From Phoronis australis (lineage: Eukaryota; Animalia; Phoronida), in assembly GCA_002633005.1 (NCBI GenBank), contig NMRA01001002.1:9124-73123 (forward strand): a stretch of DNA of 64,000 nt, written 5' to 3'. The position numbers and the translations under genes were made by a program. The notes below the pieces were generated by a model that was given only the letters and a program-made list of their open reading frames with translations, was not told where the DNA came from and made no database searches. Below are positions 52,201-64,000 of the stretch, piece after piece. Numbering within the stretch: the stretch's first letter is position 1; each line of letters opens with the position of its first letter.

Positions 52201-54262
52201 ATCTTACTAAAGCCTACAATCGCAGTTTCAGAAGAGGCTTCCTTCCAAACTCCCAACTGCAGGGAATTATTTCCATAATACCCAAATGGAATAAATCGAG
52301 TGATAATATAAAAAATCGGAGGCCTATCTCTCTCTTAAATATCAGTAACAAATTTTTATCGTCCTGTATTTCCCAAAGAGTTCGTTCTGTAAGGTAAAAG
52401 TTAATACACCTTGACCAAAAGGGTTTTCTCTCTGGGCGTTTCATAGCAGAAAATACAAGGCAGACTTACGACTTGATGCAGTATACAGTGCAGTTTAATA
52501 AACCGGGCTTCCTTGTACTGGTGGGCTTTGAAAAAGCGTTTGACTCCTTATCTTGGTCTTTTATTGACAATGTCTTAAATTTCATTATTTTTGGTCACTC
52601 AATGAAAAATGGGTCCATATACTAAACAGAGGGTCAAACCAATGTGTTATACAAAACGGTGTCACATCTAACTTTTTCGACAGAGGGCGTGGTTGCAGGC
52701 AAGGTGATCCGTTATCGCCATACCTTTTTATTCTATGTGCAGACATTATGGGCTGGCTCTTTACACTAGACAATAGCGTTAAGGGCATCCAGGTCGGATC
52801 GGTGGAATACAAACTGATGCAGTATGCAGATGATACAGTTAAATCTTTAGATGGCTCGGAGCAGTCTCTGCGGAAAACATTTCAAATTTTAAACCATTTT
52901 GCAAAATATTCTGGTCTAAAGCCTAATCTGGAAAAAGCAATTTGTATTTGGATAGGTTCTATGAAGGGTAGCTATCAGAAATGTGCTGTGACGTAAAACT
53001 GAAATGGGCAACATTGGAATTCACTTTACTGGGTACTCAATTCTCCAGTGATTTATATAAAATTCCCGACATTAATTTTAACAGCAAGCTTGGTGAGATA
53101 GAGAAGGCTATTGACATCTGGGGAAAAAGAAACTTGACACTTTTTGAAAAAATAGCAGTTGTGAAATCAATAAGTATGCCAAAACTTATTCATCTTTTTA
53201 CAAGTCTCCCGTCACCTTCACAGGCCTTGCTGAAGCAGCTTAACAAAATGTTCTACTGTTTTATATGGAAGGGTAAAACGGAAAAAAATATTTCTTAAAA
53301 TTATGGGTCAAGAGTACAATGTTAGTGGAGCTAGAATGATTGACGTCAGCTCCTTTATGAAAGCCATTAAACTAATTCGGTCCATGGCCAGTTTTAGCAA
53401 AAGGTCTGCTATCAAGAGTTTCAGAGAATTACTTAATGTTCGGGGATTTCTATTTTTCAAAGGTGTCCCAAATGGCTTCTAATGTAATTTGGAAAGAGGT
53501 CTTTCATTGTGTCCATGAATTTAGATTCTTAGTTCCCGAAAACGATGGTATTTATCAGCCTCTATGGTTTTATTCGAATATACTGATACATGTAGATAAC
53601 AAACATGTTTTCTGTAAACGGTGGTTTCAAAAAGGCATAACTCATGTACATGGCTAACTTAATTCTTATGGTTGCTACCTTAATTATGAGGAGTTTACGC
53701 AGAAATTTGACTTTACCCCTCAAGTAACTTTATTTTACGGTCTACGAAGCTCATTATATGCTAGCTGGAGTCATCTCAGAGAGAGAACGCATCAAGTAAT
53801 TTGACAGCGTCGTCCACGATACATTGGAGTTATTTTGGGAGATGTCAAAGGAGTAGATAAAATTTACCACGTTATTGTCTCTCAGAATTGTGGAAAAACA
53901 AAGTCAAATCAAGTGAACGGAAAATACAACATTTATAAACAAAGATTGAAGTGCAAACATCCGTGCCTTGCAATGTTTAAAAAGGAAGTTGTTTTCTACA
54001 TTTCTACAGAACGGTTTATATATATATATAAACAAAATGGAGTATTGTGAATTTATAGAGCGCTTGAAATGCCTTGACCTTCTTTGCGTTGTCTAATGAA
54101 TCCTAGCCTCTATTGTGTTTATCTTTCCTCCTTTGCCAAATTACATTTGTACGTATTAGCACTGTAAGTTAAAACCTTAACTGTTCGTTGACTAAAATAA
54201 AAACATCTGTAATTGTGTGATCTGTACTGCACCTATTATATTGAATAAAATTCTAAGAAACA
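49215..54262 (+). mobile_element. Degenerate L1/Tx1-clade LINE
   Basis: ORF1 coiled coil ending MDELQQYS. EN CRGLGD..KRRDVF, YGPN, ARLDFFL, TDHS. RT KSPGPDG, EKAFDS, GCRQGDPLSPYLF, QYADD. 3' aataaa. Confidence 0.92.
50740..54050 (+). pseudogene. L1/Tx1 ORF2 (endonuclease plus reverse transcriptase), frameshifted
   Basis: 416-aa ORF 51147-52397 plus flanking fragments at 52748, 52981 and 53436. Confidence 0.9.
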
Positions 54263-54775
54263 AGATTAAACATTTTATATCTTACAGATTATGCATTTCA
54301 AATAAGTTTCGACTTGGAATGGTATACAGTGACTTTAGGTAATTCTTATTACCCATAACTTATCTGAGGAATGTATACGGAAGTCTGTTAGTATGTACTC
54401 TGTGATACTAAGCAGGCGTTGTTATATTTCAGGGATTGTAATGCTAATGCAAGCTTTATAATCAAAGAGATAGGCACCGGGTTCCGAAACGCTAACGCCA
54501 GGGAGGGAGGATGTAGACTGAGTGAAACTGCCAGTCCAATAACAAGCCCGAGATAGTTTTTAAGAAATTATTAGTTGATTAGTTTTTAGTTATAAAATGC
54601 ATCATTTATTGTAAGTATTCTACCATAGAAGTTTCATATTTATCAAACCGTTAAAGAAAAGGATTCTTTTCTTTCTTTAAGTCACAGATGCACATGCAAT
54701 ATGATTGAAATGACCAACAAAGCGACCGTTGTAGGAGTTGAAAACCTGAAATACTGTTGTTATATCCACAAATAT

Positions 54776-55069
54776 CCCTGCATTGCGCATGTAAAGGCAA
54801 CCCACTGCACTTTCGCCTATGTAATTAGTATACTGTCTTAATATGAGCCCTTCATGGGACCTGTACAGAGCCAACACCGTCTGTCCATACTGGCTCTTTA
54901 TAGGGCCTGAACCGGTTTTTGGTTTATTGTATCAGCAATGGCTTGCTTCTGGCCCTTTACTGGCCCGATATCGCAAACTTACACCGGTCCAATACCAAGA
55001 AGCTGTGCAAAGTGTTATTGGGCCAGTACTGGCCTACAGCATTGGCCCAATACCTGCATGTTTACTGGG
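54776..55069. mobile_element. MITE with an animal EnSpm/CACTA-like terminus
   Basis: Right end tgtttactggg. ggccc/gggcc subterminal repeats. Possible AT 2-bp TSD. Left TIR is a poor match. Confidence 0.45.
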
Positions 55070-56129
55070 ATGTCGCCGACGCGCTCGTTGGATCTTGGAA
55101 ATTTGGGAAGGCTAGTAAGTATAGCAGTGCTTGAAACTACCACCCCATATGGTGCACTGCCCATGTGCAAGTCACAGTCTCTCGTGACAAATGTTTAGTG
55201 AACTTCCTGTGCGTTAATCCTTGACCTTGCTGAGATCTGGTATAGAATCTTCCATGATACGTTGTACAACTCATTCTGTCCGCTTATGGAAGTCTTATGG
55301 TTTCAACTGTCTCGATAGTTTGCAAATTTCAAAACAAACTATATTAATGTACATATGAAACGATTGGCTAATGAAAACCATACTATCTCATTCAACCATA
55401 TCCATCAACTGTTACGTTTTGCTCTTAAATATTTCTAGAATCATTAGAATCCATTAACCCCAGAACCAAATTGATAAACCTCATCTAAATATAGATATTG
55501 GCGTCAAAACTACATGTAAACAAGTTTGACCCCTGGCTTAAAAGTTCATGTGCAGAAATTTGGAGCAACTTAATTAATAATGATTCTGATAATCATTGCC
55601 ATTAATCAGATGTTCTCAAAGCCATAGGACAAAAATGACATTTCTACCTACGCCCATTTTTGTGGGCACCTGCAGCTAGGCATGTTGTGATTGGTTCAAG
55701 TGTTTTCACAAAAGAAGCATTCAGGAAAACAGTTGATATTCTTGTTTAGGGATCTGAATCCATCGTCTTCCCAAACAGGCAATGTTCAATTGTCCAGCTG
55801 TTCACTGCTTCAGCCCCGCTTTGAAGTTGATCAAAATTCAAAACCCCAGCTATCGATATTCTTGGGAGTGAGCGAGAAATGCAGCAATAAAGAAACAAAT
55901 GAAAGTCGCTTTGACCGATCTTTATTTTGCCTCAATCATCCGTACAGTTGTTTAAATGTCGAAAATGTCATCGCTTATCACTGGTCTGAAACAGAAGTTT
56001 AAAACGATAAATAGGCAATTACATTAGTGATATACTAGAAAACAGAATGATAGAGACTTGTGCTAAGTACATCTGCTCACTTATTCACAGATTTCACATC
56101 GTCAAAAATACATTCTCAAATTAAAAGTA

Positions 56130-56745
56130 TCACTTAGATAAAAGCTTTAGCTGACCCCTTTTGTTTCTGCACATATCGTCCATGAAGCATAGTTTTGAGA
56201 ATTACGTGGACTTTGGTGAAGAATTCCAAGTCCACTTTTTGGTAATTGGTAACTTTTTCAACTGATTCACGTGAATTATAAGACAAAGGCTGGCACAAGA
56301 CTGAGCGAAGAGCCTGACCGGGCGCGTGACGCTTGCAATATAGCATTGGGCGATATCAAGTGAAATTTGTAAGATTTGTGTCCCTTGGTCTTTTTGTTCG
56401 TCAACAGGGGTGATTTAACTTGTTTTCCTGAAAATTTCGTCGGCTGAGAGAAACTCATGCGAACTGCGACAGATTTCCACGTATATGTTCAAGTTGTTTG
56501 CTGCATGTTTCATCTGATTCAATTTGCTGCATTTTGAAATATGTAACTTTTTATGGGAATGTACTGTGTGCCCTGTGAGTCTCTGCGGCATTCAGTGCGA
56601 TTTAATTACCTATTTCGGCTCGAGTTCCAATTTCACTCCGTTTTCAGCTTTGCACAGCAAGTGCACCTTTTCTTCGTCCATTCACAGTTAGTCCACGATT
56701 CATCAGCTTACTCTTAAGTTGTAATATCGTTTTAAGCATAATTTT
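56130..56745 (-). pseudogene. SAP plus SWIM-like fragment of a transposon accessory ORF (YqaJ-associated type)
   Basis: TILQLKSKLMNRGLTVNGRRK (SAP-like). QVKSP..KSYKFHLI..ILQAS and LPITKKWTWN resemble the SWIM region. Confidence 0.45.
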
Positions 56746-57224
56746 TTTCCTAAACTCTATGAGATCTAGTGCGTACACCAAAGACTCGGGTGCAAAACAA
56801 GGGCAATATGGCGAGTTTTGCCCAACTTCCGGTGACGTCACGTTTACTATCTGGAAACTTGCAAGTGAGCTATTGTTTTTCACAGACGTCGCCTTGCTGT
56901 TCAATGAGCTGCCACTAGATTTTAAAACCAAAAGAAACGTGGTGTGGGAGAATTGATGCAATGATACTGTATGCATATAGTTTTACATTTTTTGAAGTTG
57001 CATAGCACGCGTTAAAAGGGGGCATAATTTTCCCCAGCCCCAACTATTCAGTGACGCGATGGTACTCTGATCGACCGGGCGTAATTCTGATCCTGGCCTG
57101 TGAGAGTTGGCAGAACGAGTGATTGTTTTGTGGCTTTTGTAACAGAAACTGTCAATCTTAATGGCGTTCGGTGCTGATTTTATTTAAACATTGAAGTGTA
57201 ATTTTCAAAAAGTTTACTCACAAA

Positions 57225-57409
57225 CCGTAACCAGTCATTCTATGTTCTTTGTTTTCTATATATTTACGTACAGCGACATCTACACCATTCGAATTGTGTA
57301 TCACACCATCCGCCATATTTGGCGCCTCTGTTTCTGCATTCTTTTTCACACTTCTTAGGGTAACACCAGGGTTTGAATTTTTTTCCTGTATATCTGAATT
57401 AGAGGACAT
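57225..57409 (-). CDS. Candidate exon of unknown function (MSSNSDIQ...HRMTGYG)
   Basis: Open frame of about 60 codons ending at a GTGAGT donor. No recognisable domain. Confidence 0.25.
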
Positions 57410-58223
57410 TATTCACTTGCAATTGCATTTTCACCCCGTGGCTGAGGTTCGGAGGGCGGTTAAGACGATGGAATTACACGACCACAATGTACAAAGTGGC
57501 GGAAACATATGTTGTTGCATAACGGGTGTTGGAGGGCGTTTTCCAGGAAGGAGAAGAGATAATTCTCAATTAGCAGGGGTGGAACCAGAGTTTTGAATTT
57601 AAGGTGCAGACCAGAGTATTATCGAGGATTTTTCCCGCCACAAACTCGCACCCCCAAACTGGGTAATTTTTATGGGGCGCATGGCTTTATTGCCCCCCAA
57701 CTTAAATATGCCACTGATCAGAGCATCTGCGTCCCTTGTGAAACATACAAATTGACTACCACAGCTTTGAAGCTTTCACTGGAAACTTCCAATAAAAGTA
57801 ACTGTTGAATAGGGTCCTTGAAAGGACGACTAGATTGATGAATATTTTACAACGCTCTGTACGTTAAATTGAGTCTTAAAACATCAGATTTTTTGCTAAG
57901 TTCCTCTAATTCGGGCGTAGACAAGTACATGAAAGCAGTTCACTGCGTAAACTGGATACTCCGTTCAGGATTGTGCACGATATGTTACGAGTACTCCATG
58001 GCAATGTCACTAGGCTAAGTTCTGACTGGTCCCGTTACGCGTTACGCTTTACGTAGGCATACAACTGTATCTTGATGTCACAGGAAGGAAAAGACACGAA
58101 TAAACGTGTCCATGTTACTCAGAAAGATCACGAAATCTGCGATGGATTTTTTGTTTTTGTTTTAGATTCGTGGTCTACGTGGATGGAATCGTTCTATTTC
58201 GGGGCTGAACGCTTAGATTTTAA

Positions 58224-59910
58224 AGGAGAATGCCACCCGATTTAATTAGTCTTTTTTGCCATCTTAATCGACCTATATCCACATCGCCTCGCACACGGTC
58301 GATCATACCTTTGCCAAGAGGTGTCGCGTTAACCTGTGAGGAAGGTGAGAAACGACGCTGGCGACGTCAGTGGTTCATATGCAGAGTGAATGCCGCTATG
58401 TTGCAGTGCATCGTTCCCGCTTGTACGAACTAAGCAGCTGCGAGGAAAGCGGGTACATCGTTTTGTTACTTCCTCGCGAGTCCGAAATTCTTAGGAAGTG
58501 GCTCATGGTAGTGAAGAATGGAACGTACGCTGTAAACAGCAAGTATGAGGCCGTGAAACATCTCCGTGTCTGTGGCCTGCAGACGTCGACACTGTCTGAC
58601 GAATGCCGGCTTACCAAATAACTCCATAAGTTGTCTGAGCTTGTTCACGGCGCCTCTCTAGTATTTCTTCATCACTGTATTCCTGTTCGAATTAATAGCC
58701 TGTAAAACTTAACGATTCACCTGCGAAGTCCGGACAGATGAGCTCTAGCTCGTCCTAAGTCGGCATTGCAAGTTGTCATGTTAGCGTTTATTACTGAGCG
58801 TTCTGTTTTCAAAATGAATTATTCTCACCCTAACCAATACGTATATAAAACTGAAACATAGTCTGCCTCATTAGAAGCAGTTGTAATGCCTTTGGAGTGT
58901 TCGTGAGCGCAAATGATTTGAGAAGCCAGCAATGAATAAATCACTGCTTTACCGGCTTTAGGTGCAATAAAACTAATTGACGGGACACCGAGGCCGTGTG
59001 AGCTCATGCTAATTTAGTGTTTGCTGGCAGAAACTGTTATGAAACAACTCGATATCCATCCCAGGGTCAGGTGTTAGGGGAATCTTTATTTAAATTTACA
59101 TTACTCAAATAATGATTGTCAATGTACACTTTCTGCCCTGACGGTGCTGTGGCCAAAGCGAAACCTGCATGAATTCGCGCGACCCTCGACGAGTAAGTAG
59201 ATTTGCAGTTTCGTGGCTAAGTCAAAAAAACCTAATCGCGTGCACATTACTTTAGCTCACTAGTATAGTATTTTCTTGACTTGAAGTTTAGTTTGCACTG
59301 AACTTTGGCTGGTTTATGTTCGTGATGTCTGATCAGTTTCCAAGCCACTGGCCGGGATAACTTATACTAGTCCATCCGGTCGGCCGCGACGGGCCTGATC
59401 GGGCTCCGAGCAACTGGCCAGGATAACAAGCGTTTCGTGTTGATAACTCAAAAAATCACAAGTCTAAACAACACAGATATAGGTTCTCCTGTCTGTATAT
59501 CACGGAAAATACTTTGAAATTATCTCCGAACAGACCTCAAACTCCTGCTACGGACCTTATTGGCCTGCCGAACTTTATAGGCTACCATGTGTCCAAATAC
59601 CAATAAATCCGTAAGAACGAAATAAAACAACACGTTTTTATAAGAACTCGGTGTATGTTTAAGGGTTTTACATCGAAGTTTGATGATTCATTGGTGTTAA
59701 ACGACGACTTCAAGCGATAAGCTGACACCAGTAACCCGTCTTGTGAACTGCTGAACACACTGCGTGTGAAACCGATGACGTCATTGGATAATTTCAACAC
59801 CTCCGTCTGCCGTCAGGTGTCAGGTAACGCAACCGTACGTGTCGTTATGGAGTAGAACTACTCGATCTAAATTGATACAAATTAGGATGTTTTTTGGGTG
59901 GCATGCTCCT
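58224..59910 (+). mobile_element. Non-autonomous Kolobok-type DNA transposon with THAP remnant
   Basis: TIR AGGAG(A/C)ATGCCACCC. TTAA TSD at 58220-58223 and 59911-59914. Empty site at 33107-33110. THAP fragments MLQCIVPACTN..LPRESEILRKWL..HLRVC. Confidence 0.88.
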
Positions 59911-62303
59911 TTAACAACACGAAAAAATATTGTAAACTTGGGAGTCAAAAGATTGAATTTGCGTTACTACTTAGATCAAATTATTAGTGATTGTATTCTG
60001 GTGAATACTTCCTGTTTCTTTGGTAGGGATGTAGACCATAGTTTCTTGGCTTGAAAAAAACATAATTAATTTATCTTAATTGGAAGATGGTTTTGAAGCT
60101 GGCCAATTTGACCAGGTGAAGTTGCGGTCTACATAGCCTACTATTGGTAATTAGACAAGTTGCTATCAAGTCGTACTTCATGAATACATACTTACGTTAC
60201 AGTATCCTAAATACACGAAACGTAATCAGCGTTACGTACATGAAATAATATCCCACGAGACATTACTCCGCGTATCGACCGAGACCGAAAGTTGCGGTCG
60301 ATACGATGAATAATTTTAAGTATNNNNNNNNNNNNNNNNNNNNNNNNNNNNNNNNNNNNNNNNNNNNNNNNNNNNNNNNNNNNCACTCGTATTATTGGCT
60401 GTTACAATTTGTTCTCAGAATATTCTAGAATCTCTAGAGTACTTTGACCCCAGAACCCAAAGTTGTAAACACCATCTAAAAATAGATTTTGACGTTAAAA
60501 TACATGTCAACAAGTCTGACCCCATGATTTAAAAGTACATATGCACAAATTTTGGGCAACTTAAAATGGATCTATTCTTACTAATTACTTAATCAATATT
60601 TATTCTGACAAAAATTATTTACTTATAACATTGTAAAATCCTCATCGGGTAGCTGCACTCATTCATGAAACTAGGTCATTGACCGGAGCGCATAGCCTAC
60701 ACGTCGTCTGTTTTCACGAAGATGTTAATAAGTGGTAACAGCTAACTGGCTGGCCACGGATTCTGTAGCATGGATAGGTCCACGTGTTGCTGGGACGGTC
60801 GCCGTTGCTGCTAGTGTAATACTGTCGACGATACTATCGGGTGGTGCTATGGCCAGTGACAGCAATGTTTGATATTGATTTGCAAAGAATCGGTGCCTGA
60901 GTTGCAGACGATATGATATGTAGAAATTGAAAACTGAGACACAACTGTCATATAATTAACAGTCCTGTTCCAGATGTTACGATTGACACCTGGTTGCATC
61001 TTGAGGGGTATTTATACTGCTACACTTGCATTACTTTAAGCTATTTTCCGAAAGTTCGATGATTTAACCGGCTAAAAACGTCGAGTCGACATAGACGTAC
61101 CTTTTGAGCCTTTAATCTCAGAGGTACCGGTTGAAGTAGTGCGGGGTGAATACGGAAAACATTATTACATGGTCGTATTTGCATCGACAGATTCAACGTG
61201 TATGGGTTGTACAGGGTGTATACGTATCATACCGTAGGTGATGATAACTGCATATCATTAATAGAGATTTGATAACCAACAGATATCATCATTATGTTAT
61301 ACATCATTCGCCAAATCTACCGGTGATGAGTGAGGCGGCGATAACATTTTATTTATTCGTTTCTTTGAATTTATGGAAAATTCACGATTTATAACTTGTT
61401 TTAATTATTGACTGATTAATGATTTCGAAATTTCAAACAGTGGCACTGTGCATTATTGGAAATCGTTTTTCCGTGTTGTCCTGGCCACCTTGGACGAAAG
61501 ATCAATCTTACTATAAAGAATATTAAGTACTTTTTATATGTTAATGTTTTTCATTATGTTTTTTCACCACTTGTCAATTTTATTAAAGTATAGATTAAAT
61601 GAGCGTCATGTAATACACTTTTTGAGTTTATTGTTTCGCTTTTTAGATATTCAGTATTTCGTTATTCAGTATCGTTTTGCATCGATCACGAACACTAGAA
61701 CAAAGGAAAACGACGTTTTGAGGCCGTCAATACCTTGGAGTTCATGGCCTCTAGTAGCTAATGTACCGTATGTTTCTTATTCAATCTGCCTAGAATTATT
61801 AATGTTAAAACTTATCAGCCCGTGCTCTGCCAAAGAGCTGATATTAAAGAAAAGTGGTTCTTTCATATGATACTGCTTAATAACTTCTTTATCACACGCT
61901 TGTATCAAAGTTTGCCTGATGTAAACATGACCATATTCGTCTGATCTTGAAGTGTGATATCAAGTCACAGACGATGTATGCAATGCATCATTTTCAAGTT
62001 TGTCAATCCCCAATAAACTGTGAAAGCGTTTTTGAGTAGTCTTAGTTGGTAGCGGAAGTAGAATTCCATTGCGGTAAAAAATGTCATGAGACTGATTTGT
62101 TTAGAGGTAAAGGCCTAATTCGGTTTCCATAGCCATATGTCCATGTCGAAAGCTCGACCAGGCTCACGTCCTGCGGACGCAAGAAACTAGCGAAAACGCA
62201 TAACTTCGCTAGGTATTATAAGGACTGCACGTGATCACTTAGAATTTACTAGGGAAACTCTTTCGGAACTCTGCCCAGACGCACTGACAGTTATTGTTCT
62301 CAC

Positions 62304-62385
62304 CGACGCCTTTGCCATCTATCGGCACCGCCTGAAGGCAGCCCACAGCCAGCATCAATAGAATGAATACCGCGAAGCACTTCAT
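62304..62385 (-). CDS. First coding exon of a secreted protein/peptide, paralog 2 (MKCFAVFILLMLAVGCLQA-VPIDGKGV)
   Basis: 82-nt phase-1 exon with a G|GTGAGA donor. Signal peptide is 18/19 identical to paralog 1. Confidence 0.7.
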
Positions 62386-64000
62386 CACGTCTGGTGTTCA
62401 GTCAGTGTCAGTTCAAGTTATGGGAAACAAGTATGTAAAAGAAGAAACAAAAATGTGAGATTAAAACAAAACGTGAACAAACTTTAGCAAATCTTATTGA
62501 ACAATTGCCCTTTCGTATTAGCACGTAGAATTTGAAACAAAGACGGATTCACAGTGTTCTGCATACCTTGTACTCAAGATTCCTCCACACAGTTGAAGAG
62601 TCAAGCATCTGCGCTAGCCTCTCTATCTTGTGAATTGCGGATTTGAAAAACAAAACGTCTTGTAACTTAAAAACAGGCAGTTAGTATAAAATACGTACCT
62701 TGCGTTCCTCTAGCTTCTTTGATTTGCCATGTTACGGCAAAATAAGTCAATGTAGTTTTTTTGGTGACCTGCTAGCTGGGGTTTTGTTTCCGTACAAAAG
62801 AAAGTCGACTTATTCAGTACAACTCTTGATTACTATGAGGTAATCGTATTTGAAGTTGGTGATACCCAGTAAACATTGATGTAGACAAGATGAAAGTCTG
62901 AACAATCCCTTAAACTTTGTACAAGCTCTTTGACGCCAGTATAAAATAACCTCCTGCAAAGTTGGTATTTCGATGCCCTATGACGTAGGTGAAGGAATTT
63001 GGACAGTTTGACTCGTCTGGTGACAGCAACTAGAAAATCCATATTCCCATGATTTACCATTGGCAGCGCGTATCTTGGACCCAAAACATACCTTTTCAAA
63101 GCCTTCCCCTTTCAAACAGAATCTTGAGGAAGTTAGTTATCTCCCAAAGTGTAGTGTAATATTTTAATCTTCGCCTTAGACCTCATTTTCATTTCTGGAA
63201 GTTGACGATCAGTGTTGTCAAAGACGATACCGTCTTTCCCAGCACTCCTTTGGAGGGGTAAAGCTTTGCTGAAGCTCAATTAATTTACGCTCACACTTTC
63301 TCAAATAACGCTAACGTTCCCGCACACTTTTTGTGACAATCACAATTGGGGACCAAATGAAAAACTGTTGTTAAGGGATTTAATCGCTGTCGACGGACGT
63401 ACATGTGGAATCAAACGGCCTGTGACGAACCGGGCTGTGGCGGAGATAAAACTACAGTCGACGGGGGGAGGTTTTACTCACGTATAGTTCGCCTCCACCC
63501 ACCCCACACACGTCAAATTTCTTACGCCTATACGTCACTTTGCCTAATTATGGCTACCATACTTACACTGAATCTTGTTACTGCAACGTTATGGATCACT
63601 TACGATGTAGTACGTTACATATTCTTCCAACTGTAATGGAATGGATAACAGTCATAGATCTACTGAAGTGATGCAGTAAACAATGATGTAATTTCGGCTG
63701 CATACGTTGCAATTACCAGCTCGTGTGAAGCAGCACTAGTTTTCACGATGTCGAGATGATTCCGGCACACGTAGGCCAAAAAGATCAGTAATGGAACTCT
63801 CTCCGAATTTTAAATTTAGATGATGAGTTTTAAAATTGAAATTTTAACCCGTTAATTTTCATTAGTCAGGCGTGCGGCCCATTTAATCAGATACCGACAT
63901 ACAAGACGAACATTTACTGCAGGAACTGGACGAGTGTGACAGACATAGAAACCAGGGCCCGGTGCCTAATGTCAGACTCGAACTCGAACTCGGACTCGAA

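Larger units (their letters stand above)
55630..63100 (+). repeat. Segmental duplication of about 30640-35640
   Basis: Colinear blocks: 55640 with 30665, 55870 with 30840, 57510 with 32375, 57960 with 32860, 61320 with 33910, 62150 with 34775, 62800 with 35285. Confidence 0.85.

Noticed and set aside
63952-64000. ACTCGA hexamer repeat at the window end
   Set aside because: Truncated by the window edge; probably a MITE subterminal repeat, but it cannot be defined here.

Overview
AT-rich eukaryotic (metazoan-like, probably invertebrate) genomic DNA with two assembly gaps (32171-32367, 60324-60383). I found no intact long gene, rRNA, tRNA or CRISPR array. Most recognisable coding signal comes from decayed transposons: two near full-length LINEs (RTE-X-like at about 12.7-18.1 kb, L1/Tx1-like at about 49.2-54.3 kb), an Academ DNA transposon nested inside two MITEs, THAP-carrying TTAA (Kolobok-type) elements, an intron-containing Sola3-like transposase, an intron-containing P/THAP9-like transposase lying head-to-head with a PIF1 helicase fragment, an LTR-like repeat with a heat-shock element, and many MITEs. 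Under the insertions is an old local segmental duplication (1-2.9 kb matches 38.6-43.9 kb; 3.9-9.2 kb matches 35.6-38.6 kb; 30.6-35.6 kb matches 55.6-63.1 kb). The duplication carries two paralogous minus-strand signal-peptide exons that are missing from the ORF track (MKC[V/F]AVFILLMLAVGCLQA followed by a divergent mature start). It also carries faint traces of decayed LRR/TLR-like coding sequence. All family assignments come from motif recognition by eye; no searches were run.
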